A stretch of 64,000 bases of DNA, from positions 64,001 to 128,000 of the forward strand of contig CBDFFH010000051.1 of NCBI GenBank assembly GCA_965246715.1. Reading direction: 5' to 3'. The notes beneath the pieces were generated by a model, which was given only the letters and a program-made list of their open reading frames with translations, ran no database searches and was not told the DNA's origin. The DNA is from Chamaesiphon sp. (lineage in GTDB: Bacteria > Cyanobacteriota > Cyanobacteriia > Cyanobacteriales > Chamaesiphonaceae). The position numbers and the translations under genes were made by a program. This document shows positions 51,380 through 62,462 of the stretch, in pieces (the first letter of the stretch is position 1; each line of letters opens with the position of its first letter).

Positions 51380-52984
51380 TTAAACCGACATTTCAGCTAC
51401 AGTCTCGACCCGATCGTTTGCCATTGCCACTTTCGCCTGAGCTTCACCTTTGAGAAACTCAGCTACTTGAGCGCCGATCTCCTGCCGCACGATGTCTCTG
51501 TACTCTAGGAAATGTTCGATTTGGGCACAGACAGCTAGATAACTACTCACCCCACCTGGATTGACCTGCAACATGCTCCAGAGGTTGCGCCAAAACTGCC
51601 AACGGGTGGAACGCACCACGCCTTGTCGCCAGCAGATGATGAGGAAAGCACGAATTACCATCAAACTAATCGGTTTCTTGCGACCTGCGCCCTTATCGGG
51701 ATATGTAGCTTCGCCGAGGGTCAGGAAGTGACGGTAAGTGCGATCGAGGAATTTAGATGGTTCGTATAGCTCATCGAAGGCATCCATATACTCATAAGCA
51801 ATCTCTTCCAACGGACGAGTGGGGACGAAGTTCATCAACGTAGTTTGGTTGATGTTCCCATCCGTACCGCGCAGCCGTCCTTCGCGGGTGAGGCGATGCC
51901 ACAGTGCAGTATCGGGTAAGGCTTGGAGCATACTAAATACCGCAGTTGGGATATTCGTCAGCTCGACGAATTGCACGATGCGTTTGCCTGCGCCGGTCTT
52001 CTCACCATCAAAACCGATGATAAAGCCAGCCATCACGCGGATCCCGGATTTAGCGATCTTGTTAACTGCATCGCTGAGGGAACTGCGAGTATTTTGGTGT
52101 TTCTGAGTCAGTGCTAGACTTTCTTCATCGGGAGTTTCGATGCCCAGGAATACTGCACCAAAGTTACATTTGACCATGCTATCCATCAGCTCTTGGTCGG
52201 TTGCCAAGTCTACCGAAGCCTCGGTTGCAAATGAGAAGGGATATTTATGTTCGACCATCCACGGCAATAGTGCTTCTAAGAATAGTTTCACATTGCGCTT
52301 GTTGCCGATGAAGTTGTCATCGACCATAAAGATACTCCTGCGCCAGCCGAGTTCGTACAGCCTGTCCAGTTCTGCTAATAGCTGCTCTGGGGCTTTCGTC
52401 CGAGGTTTGCGCCCGTAGAGAACGATAATATCGCAGAACTCACATTGGAACGGGCAACCGCGCGAAAACTGGACGGACATCTCCGCGTAAGCGTCGAATT
52501 CGAGTAGGTCGAACCGAGGGATCGGCGTAGTTGTTACGTCAGGTCGATCGCCATTGGGTGCGCGGAAGGTGCCTGACGGTTTACCCTGTGAGATCGCTTC
52601 CACAAATAGCGGGATGGTCAGTTCGCCTTCATCTAAGATTAAATAATCAGCAGCGGCGACTTCCTGGGGTAATGCTGTAGGGTAAGGGCCACCGATCGCG
52701 ACTTTTTTGCCACGGAGCTTGGCTTCATGGATTTTGGCGAGTAAGTCTTCTTTCTGAACGATCATTGCCGAGCAAATGACCAGTTCCGACCAATCCCATT
52801 CGGCTTCGGTGACTTCGCGAACGTTGATATCGACGAGTTTAAAATTCCACTCTTGGGGCAAAATTGCCGCGACAGTTACCAACCCCAATGGTGGTAACAT
52901 CGCTTTGCGCCCGAGTAATTCGATCGTCTTCTCGAACGACCAAAAGCTCTTGGGGAAACGGGGATAGATCAGCAGAACATTCAT
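51380..52984 (-). CDS. B12-binding radical SAM protein (DUF4070 C-terminus)
   Basis: PPLGL, IGGP, SRGCPFQCEFC (CxxxCxxC), VDDNF; ATG 52984 with GGAGA RBS. Confidence 0.9.
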   Translation of the reverse strand: MNVLLIYPRFPKSFWSFEKTIELLGRKAMLPPLGLVTVAAILPQEWNFKLVDINVREVTEAEWDWSELVICSAMIVQKEDLLAKIHEAKLRGKKVAIGGPYPTALPQEVAAADYLILDEGELTIPLFVEAISQGKPSGTFRAPNGDRPDVTTTPIPRFDLLEFDAYAEMSVQFSRGCPFQCEFCDIIVLYGRKPRTKAPEQLLAELDRLYELGWRRSIFMVDDNFIGNKRNVKLFLEALLPWMVEHKYPFSFATEASVDLATDQELMDSMVKCNFGAVFLGIETPDEESLALTQKHQNTRSSLSDAVNKIAKSGIRVMAGFIIGFDGEKTGAGKRIVQFVELTNIPTAVFSMLQALPDTALWHRLTREGRLRGTDGNINQTTLMNFVPTRPLEEIAYEYMDAFDELYEPSKFLDRTYRHFLTLGEATYPDKGAGRKKPISLMVIRAFLIICWRQGVVRSTRWQFWRNLWSMLQVNPGGVSSYLAVCAQIEHFLEYRDIVRQEIGAQVAEFLKGEAQAKVAMANDRVETVAEMSV

Positions 52985-53366
52985 CAAAAAATCTCCAATT
53001 AACGGCATTCCCCGCTAGGTGGAATGATTTATACGAAGTACAGCAAAGAATTGGCACTATGGCTAATTGACTCTAGTTTAGTAGGTTTTGTTTCATAAAT
53101 AACATTTGGCTGGGGAGAGCATTATGGCTTAGATCGGGCATTTTTCATCAGCAATACTCATTTCTCATTACTTACCGCGAACGCGTACTTCAGTATTATT
53201 ACTGACTGTCGAAGTTGTCGATCGGGTAGTTGCTAGTTCCGAGATCGATCGCGTACAACGGGCATTTTACCGAACTGAAAATCGCAGCCGAGCCGGAAGG
53301 AGGGTGGTTCGCGCTTAGAAACTATGACAAACTAATAGCTATCGTTCTGGGTGCGAGGATAATCTA

Positions 53367-54539
53367 GTGAATTACGATTTCAAAGAACTGGCAAAATTAC
53401 ATAAAGATACACTCGTAAATAATGTCCTACCCTTTTGGGAACAAAACTCGATCGATTGGGACTGCGGTGGCTATTTCACCTGTCTCGATCGGGCTGGCAA
53501 GGTCTACGATACCGATAAATTTATCTGGCTGCAAAATCGGCAGGTGTGGACATTCTCGATGTTATACAACCAGCTAGAGCCACGTAGTGAGTGGTTAAAA
53601 ATTGCCGGACATGGCGCGAATTTCCTCGCCGAACACGGACGCGATGCTCAGGGGAATTGGTATTTTTCACTCGATCGAGCTGGCAATCCGCTGGTGCAAC
53701 CCTATAATATTTTCTCCGACTGTTTTGCTGCGATGGCCTTCAGTCAATATGCACTCGCTGATGGCGAATCTTGGGCGAAGGATGTCGCGCTGCAAGCCTA
53801 TCAAAATGTGTTACGGCGCAAGGATGACCCCAAGGGCAAATATAACAAGACCTATCCAGGGACGCGATCGCTCAAATCGCTGGCAGTGCCGATGATTCTA
53901 GCTAATCTGACGCTGGAAATGGCGTGGTTACTGCCGGAGGCCGAGCTAGACCGCGTGTTGGATGTGACGGTGCAGGAAGTAATGCATGATTTCCTCGACC
54001 AAGAGCGAGGACTGATGTTCGAAAATGTCGCTCCTGATGGTAGTCATGTCGATTGTTTTGAAGGTCGATCGATTAATCCCGGACATGGGATCGAAGCGAT
54101 GTGGTTTATTATGGATATCGCCAATCGGCGGCAAGATCGGGCGACGATCGATCGGGCGGTAGATGTGGTGCTAAATATCCTCAATTTTGCTTGGGATGAA
54201 AAGTACGGGGGCATCTACTATTTCATGGACGCTGACGGTCATCCGCCGCAGCAATTGGAATGGAATCAAAAATTGTGGTGGGTACATGCCGAAACATTAG
54301 TAGCACTAGCAATGGGGTATCGGCTCACTGGTAGGGAAGAATGCTGGAACTGGTATCAACGTGTACATGATTACACCTGGGCGCATTTTGCAGATCCCGA
54401 GCAGGGTGAGTGGTTTGGTTATCTCGATCGGCAAGGCGAAGTATTATTGGATCTCAAGGGTGGGAAATGGAAAGGCTGTTTCCATGTACCAAGAGCATTA
54501 TTTATGTGCTGGCAACAATTTGCGGCACTGACTCAGTAG
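53367..54539 (+). CDS. N-acylglucosamine 2-epimerase (AGE family)
   Basis: [40 protein letters not shown]. Confidence 0.9.
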   Translation: MNYDFKELAKLHKDTLVNNVLPFWEQNSIDWDCGGYFTCLDRAGKVYDTDKFIWLQNRQVWTFSMLYNQLEPRSEWLKIAGHGANFLAEHGRDAQGNWYFSLDRAGNPLVQPYNIFSDCFAAMAFSQYALADGESWAKDVALQAYQNVLRRKDDPKGKYNKTYPGTRSLKSLAVPMILANLTLEMAWLLPEAELDRVLDVTVQEVMHDFLDQERGLMFENVAPDGSHVDCFEGRSINPGHGIEAMWFIMDIANRRQDRATIDRAVDVVLNILNFAWDEKYGGIYYFMDADGHPPQQLEWNQKLWWVHAETLVALAMGYRLTGREECWNWYQRVHDYTWAHFADPEQGEWFGYLDRQGEVLLDLKGGKWKGCFHVPRALFMCWQQFAALTQ

Positions 54540-54860
54540 CCTATTTGCTATCCGCCACATGACTGAAAAAAGACAGGCTGTGGCACGATCCCGATCGCCA
54601 TGCGGATCGTTCGATCGATAATTGTAATCACTGACATAACGATCGCCACACCAGCAATGAGCGATCGCTAAATCGCTCCAGGCGAGGGCAATGTTAACTC
54701 GGAATCGCCGCCAGATCGTTCGCAGACATTCTAGTGATGACAATCTCGTCCATCGCTCGCCATCATCAAAAGTTTTTTCGTCCGGTTTTAGGAGTCGATC
54801 GGCCGAATAGTGATAACAGAGTTGGTCAACAATCATCATTATAAATCTAAGGAATTGGAC

Positions 54861-56798
54861 ATGATTCGCATTCTCCTGGTGGATGACCAGAAGAGCATTC
54901 GGGAACGGCTCAAGTCGCTACTAGAGACTGAGGCGGATTTTGACATCGTTGGCATGGTCGATAACGGCTACGACGCGATCGAACAGGTGAAATTACTCCT
55001 GCCGGATGTTGTCTTGATGGATATGGAGATGCCGGATATCGATGGCGTACTGGCGACCAAAATTATCGTGCATAGTTCGCTCAAAACTAAAGTATTGGTC
55101 GTGACTAGCTATGATAGTCACGACTATGTTGCCAAGTCGATTTATGCTGGTGCTAAAGGTTATATTCTCAAAGGTGCTCCCGCCGAAGAAATCCGCGAAG
55201 CAATTCGGTTTGTCAATCGTGGCTACATGCAGATTGCGCCGGGATTATTTGAGAAATTTATGCCCAGCACTAATAACGATGAAGCTGGGACATTGGAACT
55301 CAAGCCTCGAGAATTGAGTAGGTCGCTCCCAACCATCGAGCGCCGCGACTTTGCCGATAAATTAGAATTGACAGGTCTCGGTACGATCCAAAAGGCCAAG
55401 TCCAAATCGACGTTGTCAGTTCCAGACTTCGAGCAGCCTTCGGAACTGATTTTAGACATTACCGCATTGCAGCCCCCCCGAAAATCGATCGGGTGGTATC
55501 AAGCTGCTGCACTAGTAATTGCTGGATTGGGCATGACCTTCTCACTCTATCTGCTGCGGCAAGGCTTAAATAAACCTGCCACCGTTCCCAGCCAGCAAGA
55601 ACAGGCAGGACGACTGCACGATCTACCGTTTACTGGCAAAATCGAACCGTTGCACGTTACCAAGATCGATGCCACCAGTCCGGGATTTCTCGGTACGGTG
55701 CATGTCAAAATCGGGCAAACTGTCAAATCTGGCGATCGATTGTTAACCATTCGCAATAGTGAAGCCGAGCGATCGAATCAAGCCAAACTGCTTCAGCACA
55801 AGGAAGCCATCGCCGCCCAAAAACAATCCATCCAACAACAACAATCCATCCAACAACAACAATCACTCCAACAGCAACAAACCCTCAGCGGCGAACGCCA
55901 AGCCGCCACGGATCGGGTTAATACAGTCAAACTCTCGATCGCCAATTACGAACGGAATCTCGCCCCACTGCGCCAACAAGTAGCTACTGCTAATGTCCGA
56001 GTTAATGTCGCAGCACAACCCGATCCGCTGCCACTGAAGCAAAAACGTGAGGCCATTATCCGCGCACAAGCGATCTACGAGCGGACATTAGCTACTTATC
56101 AACGTCTGGCGCAGTATCAAAAGGAGGGCGCAATTTCGCAAGAACGCGTCGAACAAGCCGAAAAAGAAATGACCGTGGCTAAATCCGATCTAAATATCGC
56201 TCAGTCGGACTATGATAGTGCGATCGCCGCTGCACGATCGGCAACTACCAAGCAAGCCGCACAGACTCAAGCTACCCGCCTCCAACAAGAACTCTCACTC
56301 AAAGAACAAGCCGGACAACTCCAACAACTCCAAGCCCAATTAAAAACCGCCGAATCAGACGAGCGACAAATTGCCGCGAGATTAAAGCAACTCCAACAGC
56401 GACAATTTACTCCAACTAGCCTACCAGTCATTCCCCCGCCGATCCTCGAACCCTTGACGATCGAAGTTACCGCGCCGGTTGCTGGCACTGTCCTCGAACT
56501 GCCGATGTCTCCTGGAGATCGCGTCTTTGCTGGTAGTAAATTATTGGGTCTAGCCAATACCCACAAGCTGAAGATCGGCGTAGATCTAGACCCACAACAA
56601 GCCGCTCTGCTAAAATCCGGACAGCGCGCTGTCGTCAAAGTCGGGACAGAGATGGAAAATCAAGAAGCGATCGGTCTAGTTACCACGATCGCCCCGCCGA
56701 TCGATCGATCGACCCAACATATCGAAGTCGAATTCACCAATCTCAAATCTACCTTATTAGTTGGGCAATTTGGTACGGTTTATTTTCCGAAGAAGTGA
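54861..56798 (+). CDS. Receiver domain fused through a TM helix to an HlyD-type periplasmic adaptor domain
   Basis: REC (LLVDDQ, LMDMEMP, VVTS, YILKG); TM AAALVIAGLGMTFSLYLL; two lipoyl half-motifs around a long Gln-rich coiled coil; ATG 54861 with AAGGA RBS. Confidence 0.85.
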   Translation: MIRILLVDDQKSIRERLKSLLETEADFDIVGMVDNGYDAIEQVKLLLPDVVLMDMEMPDIDGVLATKIIVHSSLKTKVLVVTSYDSHDYVAKSIYAGAKGYILKGAPAEEIREAIRFVNRGYMQIAPGLFEKFMPSTNNDEAGTLELKPRELSRSLPTIERRDFADKLELTGLGTIQKAKSKSTLSVPDFEQPSELILDITALQPPRKSIGWYQAAALVIAGLGMTFSLYLLRQGLNKPATVPSQQEQAGRLHDLPFTGKIEPLHVTKIDATSPGFLGTVHVKIGQTVKSGDRLLTIRNSEAERSNQAKLLQHKEAIAAQKQSIQQQQSIQQQQSLQQQQTLSGERQAATDRVNTVKLSIANYERNLAPLRQQVATANVRVNVAAQPDPLPLKQKREAIIRAQAIYERTLATYQRLAQYQKEGAISQERVEQAEKEMTVAKSDLNIAQSDYDSAIAAARSATTKQAAQTQATRLQQELSLKEQAGQLQQLQAQLKTAESDERQIAARLKQLQQRQFTPTSLPVIPPPILEPLTIEVTAPVAGTVLELPMSPGDRVFAGSKLLGLANTHKLKIGVDLDPQQAALLKSGQRAVVKVGTEMENQEAIGLVTTIAPPIDRSTQHIEVEFTNLKSTLLVGQFGTVYFPKK

Positions 56799-56929
56799 AT
56801 AGTGGCTAGTGGCTAACAGTAAATGACGTGCTAGCAAATCATTTACTGTTAGCCTAGATAAGATTTACACAAGATCGTTTACGAGGTACCAATAACAATC
56901 CACTATTCACTATTCACTATTCACTACCC

Positions 56930-58435
56930 ATGAAGCCCCGCATCTTACTGACAACCGAAGGTACTTACCCATTTTTGGGTGGGGGTGTCAGTACCTGGTG
57001 CCACGAGCTAACGCAACAGATGCCAGAGATGGATTTCAAGATTTTTGCGATCGTTGCCAATCCTTATCTCCAACAACATTACCAATTATCTGCCAACGTC
57101 ACGCAAGTCTTGAAGGTGCCCTTATGGGGGATGGAAGATCCGATCGAATTTGGATGGCGCTTTCCGTTTTCGCGTGCGCTCAAGAGCAAAATTGCGACGA
57201 CGGGAACGGTGATTAGCAACAGGTTTATCCCGATTTTTGAGCGATTGATGACGGGGGTCCTGTTACCCGATCTGATGGATATCGATACGCTCGGGCAAAC
57301 GATCGTCTCGATTCATGAATATTTCCTCCGCTATGATTATCACAACACGATGACCTCGATCGAGGTCTGGGATAGCTTTCAACACTTAGTTGCTACAGCT
57401 TGGCAATCACAGATCAAACCAGAGCGGATTACCCTAGGTGAAATCGCCGAAACGCTCAAATTACTCTATCGGTTGTTAATTCCGATCCACGTGCCCATTC
57501 CGTCAGTCGATTTGATTCACTCTTCGGCGGCCAGTTACTGTGGTTTGCCAGGGATCGTTGGTAAGCTCAAACACGGCATTCCTTATCTGCTCACCGAGCA
57601 TGGGATTAATATTCGCGAGCAATATCTCAATTTGCGCACGTCGATTCCATCCTTATTCGTGCGTCGCTTTTTGCATTATTTAGTTAGTGCGATGGTGAAA
57701 TTAAACTATCACTTTGCCGATATCGTCTCGCCCGTATGTAGCTACAATACTCGCTGGCAAAAATGGTGGGATGTACCGCCCGAAAAAATCAAAATTATTT
57801 ATAATGGTGCCGATCCAGTAAAATTCAAGCCTCAAGATTATCCACCCAATAGTCATCCGGTGGTAATGAATATGGGATTGATTTTTTCACTTAAAGGTCA
57901 GTTAACACTAATCGAAGCTGCCGCGATCGTCCGAGATAAGTTTCCCGATGTCGAATTTAGATTTTATGGTAAACCATCAGATTTAGATTATTATGCGCGC
58001 TGTCAGGCCAAAGTCAAAGAATGCAAGTTAGAAAACACTGTTAATTTTGCTGGCTTTACTAATGAGCCGTGGCGAGTTTATGGCGAGGCAGATATCGTCG
58101 CAATGTCGAGTATTTCGGAAGGATTTCCATATGCAGTGATTGAAGCAATGTTGTGCGAAGCTGCGATCGTCTCGACTGATGTGGGTGGTGTTGGTGAAGC
58201 ACTAGGAGATACGGGCTTATTAGTTCCTGCCAATCAACCATTAGCTCTAGCAGCAGCGCTGATCGAACTCCTCAGCATCACTCCCGCACAACGCCGCGAT
58301 CTCGGTCAAAAATCTCGCCAGCGCGCTCTAGCAATGTTCACCCAAAAAAAATGCATCCAAACCCATTTAGACACCTATAATCATTTGATTCGTCAAGCGC
58401 GGATTGTTGGATTACAGCATGAGAAAAAACGATGA
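56930..58435 (+). CDS. pelF: GT4 glycosyltransferase, PelF/DUF3492-like
   Basis: TEGTYPF..GGVSTW, LLTEHG, IYNG, SSISEGFPYAVIEAM, TDVGGV. Confidence 0.85.
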   Translation: MKPRILLTTEGTYPFLGGGVSTWCHELTQQMPEMDFKIFAIVANPYLQQHYQLSANVTQVLKVPLWGMEDPIEFGWRFPFSRALKSKIATTGTVISNRFIPIFERLMTGVLLPDLMDIDTLGQTIVSIHEYFLRYDYHNTMTSIEVWDSFQHLVATAWQSQIKPERITLGEIAETLKLLYRLLIPIHVPIPSVDLIHSSAASYCGLPGIVGKLKHGIPYLLTEHGINIREQYLNLRTSIPSLFVRRFLHYLVSAMVKLNYHFADIVSPVCSYNTRWQKWWDVPPEKIKIIYNGADPVKFKPQDYPPNSHPVVMNMGLIFSLKGQLTLIEAAAIVRDKFPDVEFRFYGKPSDLDYYARCQAKVKECKLENTVNFAGFTNEPWRVYGEADIVAMSSISEGFPYAVIEAMLCEAAIVSTDVGGVGEALGDTGLLVPANQPLALAAALIELLSITPAQRRDLGQKSRQRALAMFTQKKCIQTHLDTYNHLIRQARIVGLQHEKKR

Positions 58436-59973
58436 ATAATCACGCACTGCAAAATTTAATCGATTCAATTTATCGTAATTATCCCAATGTTTGCGATCCG
58501 TGGGAAGTCGTGGCGATCGTCGAAGCATTAGGTTATACCGACAAAACAATTGAAGTAGAATTTGGTTGCCCGAATGCTTTAGTACTCGGACAGTTTATTT
58601 ATGCTCAACGAGATTTAGCACCCTTTGTAGAACCAGTAGAACGTGTTGTCAAAGCACCACCGACACTCGTTGAAGAGATAAATATATTTATTACTCAATT
58701 TTCGCATAGTTTCGTCTATACTATTCCGTTTATTATTCTATTAATTCTTAATTATTTGCCACTCGATACGCGGATCGATTTATTACCACCGGAACTCAAT
58801 TCTTTGTTTGGATTTGTCACGATGGCTAGTCTGATTACTAGCAGTGGCTTCGTACAGATGATCGGTCGCCGGGGCTTATTTTATATGGGATTAAAAGATC
58901 CCATTCAAGCTAATCGGATTTGTACGCCAATCTTATCGATGGGCGTTTTTACGACGATCGTGTTTGCGTCGATCGGGATGGTATTTGGATTTTATCAAGG
59001 AGTGGCAGCGGATAAATATATTATCGTCGCCGGGATTTATTATACAGTCCTCAGCACGATTTGGATGCTGTTTGCCATCGTCGGTCTGCAATATCGATTT
59101 GCCGCACCAGCGATCTTGATTGGGATAACTTGTTGCTTTTTCGTGTTGAGAGTATTTATTAAATTGAGTGCTTTAGAAGCCCAAGTCGTGACGATCGCGG
59201 TCGCCTTTATCTCGTTATCGATTCTATCGCTCTCTAATCGGTTCAAGTATCGATCGACTGCACCTAAATTTGGTAAGTTGGTGCCCTTACCAAACTTAAG
59301 TATTTTAATTTACTTGTTGATTCCATACTTTATGTATGGCATTATTTATTTTGGATTTATTTTTGCCGATCGATTAGTTGCGACCATCACTACTGTCGGT
59401 ACTTATAGTTTGTTATCAGGACAAAATTTAGATTATCAAGATAGTATGGATTTAGCGCTGCTAAATCTCCTAATTATCGTCCCATTAGTTGAATACTTTA
59501 GCTACAAGTTTATTATCTTCTGGTACGAACGTGCCAAACATATGACGCTAGCGGAAGTCGATAGTTTGGCTTGGCGGCTTCAGAAAAAATACTGGTCTTC
59601 AATCGGTCGGATCTGGTTATGTTTTGGACTACTAATGTCGATTACTTTGATTTTAATCTCGGTATTACATCGAGGTTTAAATGAGAGTATTTTGACGATC
59701 GTTGGTTGTTTTGGCTATTTATGTTTTGCAATTGGCTTATTCAACACGATCGTCTTGCTCAGTCTCGATCGCTTACAAGATGTGCTAGGCATTTTAGCAA
59801 CAGCAATGTCGATTAATTTTGTTTTGGGCTATTTACTCGCCAGTTTGTTTGGTGTATATTTAGCCTCGTTTGGTTTGGTTGTCGGCGCAGTTATCTTTGC
59901 GATCGCCTCGAGTCAAAAAATTCTCAAAGCGATCGCCCGAGCGGACTACTGCTATTTTTATAGTGGGTATTGA
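58432..59973 (+). CDS. Multi-TM polysaccharide exporter-like protein (PelG-like)
   Basis: About 12 hydrophobic segments, FIFADRLV motif, DYCYF C-terminus; ATGA overlap with the pelF-like gene. Confidence 0.62.
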   Translation: MNNHALQNLIDSIYRNYPNVCDPWEVVAIVEALGYTDKTIEVEFGCPNALVLGQFIYAQRDLAPFVEPVERVVKAPPTLVEEINIFITQFSHSFVYTIPFIILLILNYLPLDTRIDLLPPELNSLFGFVTMASLITSSGFVQMIGRRGLFYMGLKDPIQANRICTPILSMGVFTTIVFASIGMVFGFYQGVAADKYIIVAGIYYTVLSTIWMLFAIVGLQYRFAAPAILIGITCCFFVLRVFIKLSALEAQVVTIAVAFISLSILSLSNRFKYRSTAPKFGKLVPLPNLSILIYLLIPYFMYGIIYFGFIFADRLVATITTVGTYSLLSGQNLDYQDSMDLALLNLLIIVPLVEYFSYKFIIFWYERAKHMTLAEVDSLAWRLQKKYWSSIGRIWLCFGLLMSITLILISVLHRGLNESILTIVGCFGYLCFAIGLFNTIVLLSLDRLQDVLGILATAMSINFVLGYLLASLFGVYLASFGLVVGAVIFAIASSQKILKAIARADYCYFYSGY

Positions 59974-59994
59974 GTCGGGAATAGATCGATCGTG

Positions 59995-61083
59995 TTATGA
60001 ATGCAAGAATTCCATAATGTCACCTTCTTGGACGAGATATTCTTTCCCCTCACTACGAAGCAAACCTTTCTCCTTAGCGGCTTGGAGCGAGCCTGTCGCA
60101 ACCATATCATCATAGGAAATCGTTTTGGCCCGGATAAATCCTTTCTCGAAATCGGAGTGGATGATCCCCGCCGCTTGTGGCGCTAACATGCCTACATTAA
60201 TCGTCCAGGCACGAGTTTCTTTTGGCCCAACGGTAAAATAGGTACGCAGTCCGAGCAAGTAATAAGTAGCTCGAATTAGCGATTTTAGCCCACCTTCTGC
60301 GACACCTAACGATTCCAGAAACTCCGCTTTTTCTGCATCTGGCAAGTCGAGCAGTTCGGCTTCTACTTGGGCGGATACGATTACAACCTGGGCGTTTTCC
60401 TCAGTGGCGATCGCGCGCACTCGATCGACAAATTCATTACCCGTCGCTAAGTCCCCTTCAGACACATTTGCCGCATAAATAATCGGCTTGCGCGTCAGCA
60501 ATCCCAACCCTTTAATCGTTTCGCTCTCTTCTTCGCTCAGCTCGACTTGACGCGCTGGTTTGCCAGCATTGAGCGCTATGAGGAGTTTTTCTAGTGCGCC
60601 GACTTCGAGTTGCGCCTCTTTACTCGTGCGCGCCATCTTCCTGGCACGTTCGATCCGTTTCTCGATTTGCTCGATATCGGCGAGGATCAGTTCGAGATTG
60701 ATGATTTCGATGTCTCGTTTGGGTTCGACGGAGCCAGAGACGTGGATGATATCGTCGTCTTCAAAGCAACGCACGACTTGAACGATGGTATCGACTTCGC
60801 GGATGTGCGAGAGAAATTTGCTCCCTAGTCCTTCGCCCTGACTGGCTCCTTTGACTAAGCCAGCGATATCGACAAATTCTACCCGCGTGGGGACGACATT
60901 CTCGGATTGAGCGATTGTTGAGAGGATCTGCAACCGTTCGTCGGGTACAGCCACGCTCCCAACGTTTGGTTCGATCGTGCAAAAGGGATAGTTAGCAGCT
61001 TCGGCTTTTGCATTGGCAACTAGGGCATTAAATAAGGTCGATTTGCCCACATTCGGCAGTCCAACGATTCCGGCTTTCAGCAT
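59995..61083 (-). CDS. ychF: Redox-regulated ATPase YchF
   Basis: [39 protein letters not shown]. Confidence 0.97.
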   Translation of the reverse strand: MLKAGIVGLPNVGKSTLFNALVANAKAEAANYPFCTIEPNVGSVAVPDERLQILSTIAQSENVVPTRVEFVDIAGLVKGASQGEGLGSKFLSHIREVDTIVQVVRCFEDDDIIHVSGSVEPKRDIEIINLELILADIEQIEKRIERARKMARTSKEAQLEVGALEKLLIALNAGKPARQVELSEEESETIKGLGLLTRKPIIYAANVSEGDLATGNEFVDRVRAIATEENAQVVIVSAQVEAELLDLPDAEKAEFLESLGVAEGGLKSLIRATYYLLGLRTYFTVGPKETRAWTINVGMLAPQAAGIIHSDFEKGFIRAKTISYDDMVATGSLQAAKEKGLLRSEGKEYLVQEGDIMEFLHS

Positions 61084-61284
61084 TTTTTTGGTTGAGGTGA
61101 TGACAATTCTCCTCGATCGATTATAAGCGATCGAGGCGGGGAGTAATTAAGAGTCGCTGTTTGGTAACAGGTTAAGATTAGGTGAACCGCTCGATCGAAT
61201 CCGGAGATTGTCATTTAGGCGTAGAAATTTCCGATCGTTCGACAAGGCTGGTTGGCCTGTCTGGTTTATTGAATAATACTTATT

Positions 61285-62217
61285 ATGCCGCAAGCGTTAA
61301 ACCCATACCTTACTAATGATGGTTCCTATACCTTCTTCTCGCCAGAGTTCGGGCAGACTTTTCATAGCAAATATGGTGCCAAAGAAGAATCGATCTATAA
61401 GTTTTCGATTCCCACCTTACTCGCTGACAAAGCTAGCCGAGGGCAGCTGCGCATCTTAGATATTTGTTATGGACTCGGTTACAATACCGCTGCGGCATTA
61501 TCGACGATCTGGCGATCTCATCCCGATTGTCACGTTGAAATTATCGCCCTCGAACTCGATCGTACCGTACCCACTGCCGCGATCGAGCATCAGTTATTAG
61601 CGGGCTGGGAGGAGCCGATCCCGCAACTATTGACACGATTTGCACAGGATGAGAGCCTTGAGATCGATCGATTACAAGCACGACTAATCTTCGGTGATGC
61701 CCGCCAAACGATCGATCGAGTCCGCGAATCGGGATTTCAAGCCGATGCCATTTTTCTCGATCCGTTTTCACCACTTTCCTGTCCCCAACTGTGGACGATC
61801 GAATTTATCGATCGAGTGGCACACTGTTGCGCTCCAGACGGCAGGATTGCGACTTATTCATGCGCTGCAGCAGTGCGGACAGCGCTGCACGCAGCTGGCT
61901 TACATGTGGCAGATACTATTCCCGTCGGCAGAAAAGCCCCAGGCACGATCGCGAGTTTCAGCCCCGCAGGATTGCCCCCATTATCTACACAAGAACTAGA
62001 ACATCTCCAAACCCGCGCCGCAATTCCTTATCGCGATCCGACATTAACGGATTCAATGGCCAAAATCCTGATCCGACGCGAATTGGAACAGGATGATTGT
62101 GGCTTGGAAACGACCTCACAATGGAAAAAGCGATGGCGGACTCAGCACCTACCAGATCGATCGGTACAGATCGAAACGTCTCGATCAGCCTTAAAAACAC
62201 AACAGCCCCAGGAATAA
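61285..62217 (+). CDS. MnmC-type SAM-dependent methyltransferase domain protein
   Basis: TNDGSYT, FHS..GA, LDICYGLGYN, FLDPFSP..CPQLWT, ATYS. Confidence 0.8.
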   Translation: MPQALNPYLTNDGSYTFFSPEFGQTFHSKYGAKEESIYKFSIPTLLADKASRGQLRILDICYGLGYNTAAALSTIWRSHPDCHVEIIALELDRTVPTAAIEHQLLAGWEEPIPQLLTRFAQDESLEIDRLQARLIFGDARQTIDRVRESGFQADAIFLDPFSPLSCPQLWTIEFIDRVAHCCAPDGRIATYSCAAAVRTALHAAGLHVADTIPVGRKAPGTIASFSPAGLPPLSTQELEHLQTRAAIPYRDPTLTDSMAKILIRRELEQDDCGLETTSQWKKRWRTQHLPDRSVQIETSRSALKTQQPQE

Positions 62218-62244
62218 TATCCCAAGGCTGAAACTTAGTCGTAA

Positions 62245-62326
62245 TGCGGATAAAAGGACTTGAACCTTCACTTCTTGCGAAACCAGAACCTAAATCTGGC
62301 GCGTCTACCAATTCCGCCATATCCGC
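62245..62326 (-). tRNA. trnL: tRNA-Leu(TAG), CCA not encoded
   Basis: GCGGATATGGCGGAATTGGTAGACGCGCCAGATTTAGGTTCTGG...GGTTCAAGTCC...ATCCGCA; long variable arm. Confidence 0.95.
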
Positions 62327-62338
62327 GCAATGTTTTTC

Positions 62339-62349
62339 ATTATAGCACA
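62339..62349 (-). promoter_or_regulatory. Extended -10 promoter of tRNA-Leu
   Basis: TGTGCTATAAT about 12 nt upstream of the mature tRNA. Confidence 0.65.
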
Positions 62350-62462
62350 TGTATTCTGCAAAGTAAAATAATTAGAGCGCTACCTGGCACGATCGAACCC
62401 GTTTAAACTAATAATTGCGGCCTAACTCGATTCTCATTCCGAGCGGCGCGATCGACAAATCA

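Noticed and set aside
62220..62330. Integrative element at tRNA-Leu
   Set aside because: No integrase and no duplicated tRNA 3' end seen; flanks are housekeeping genes
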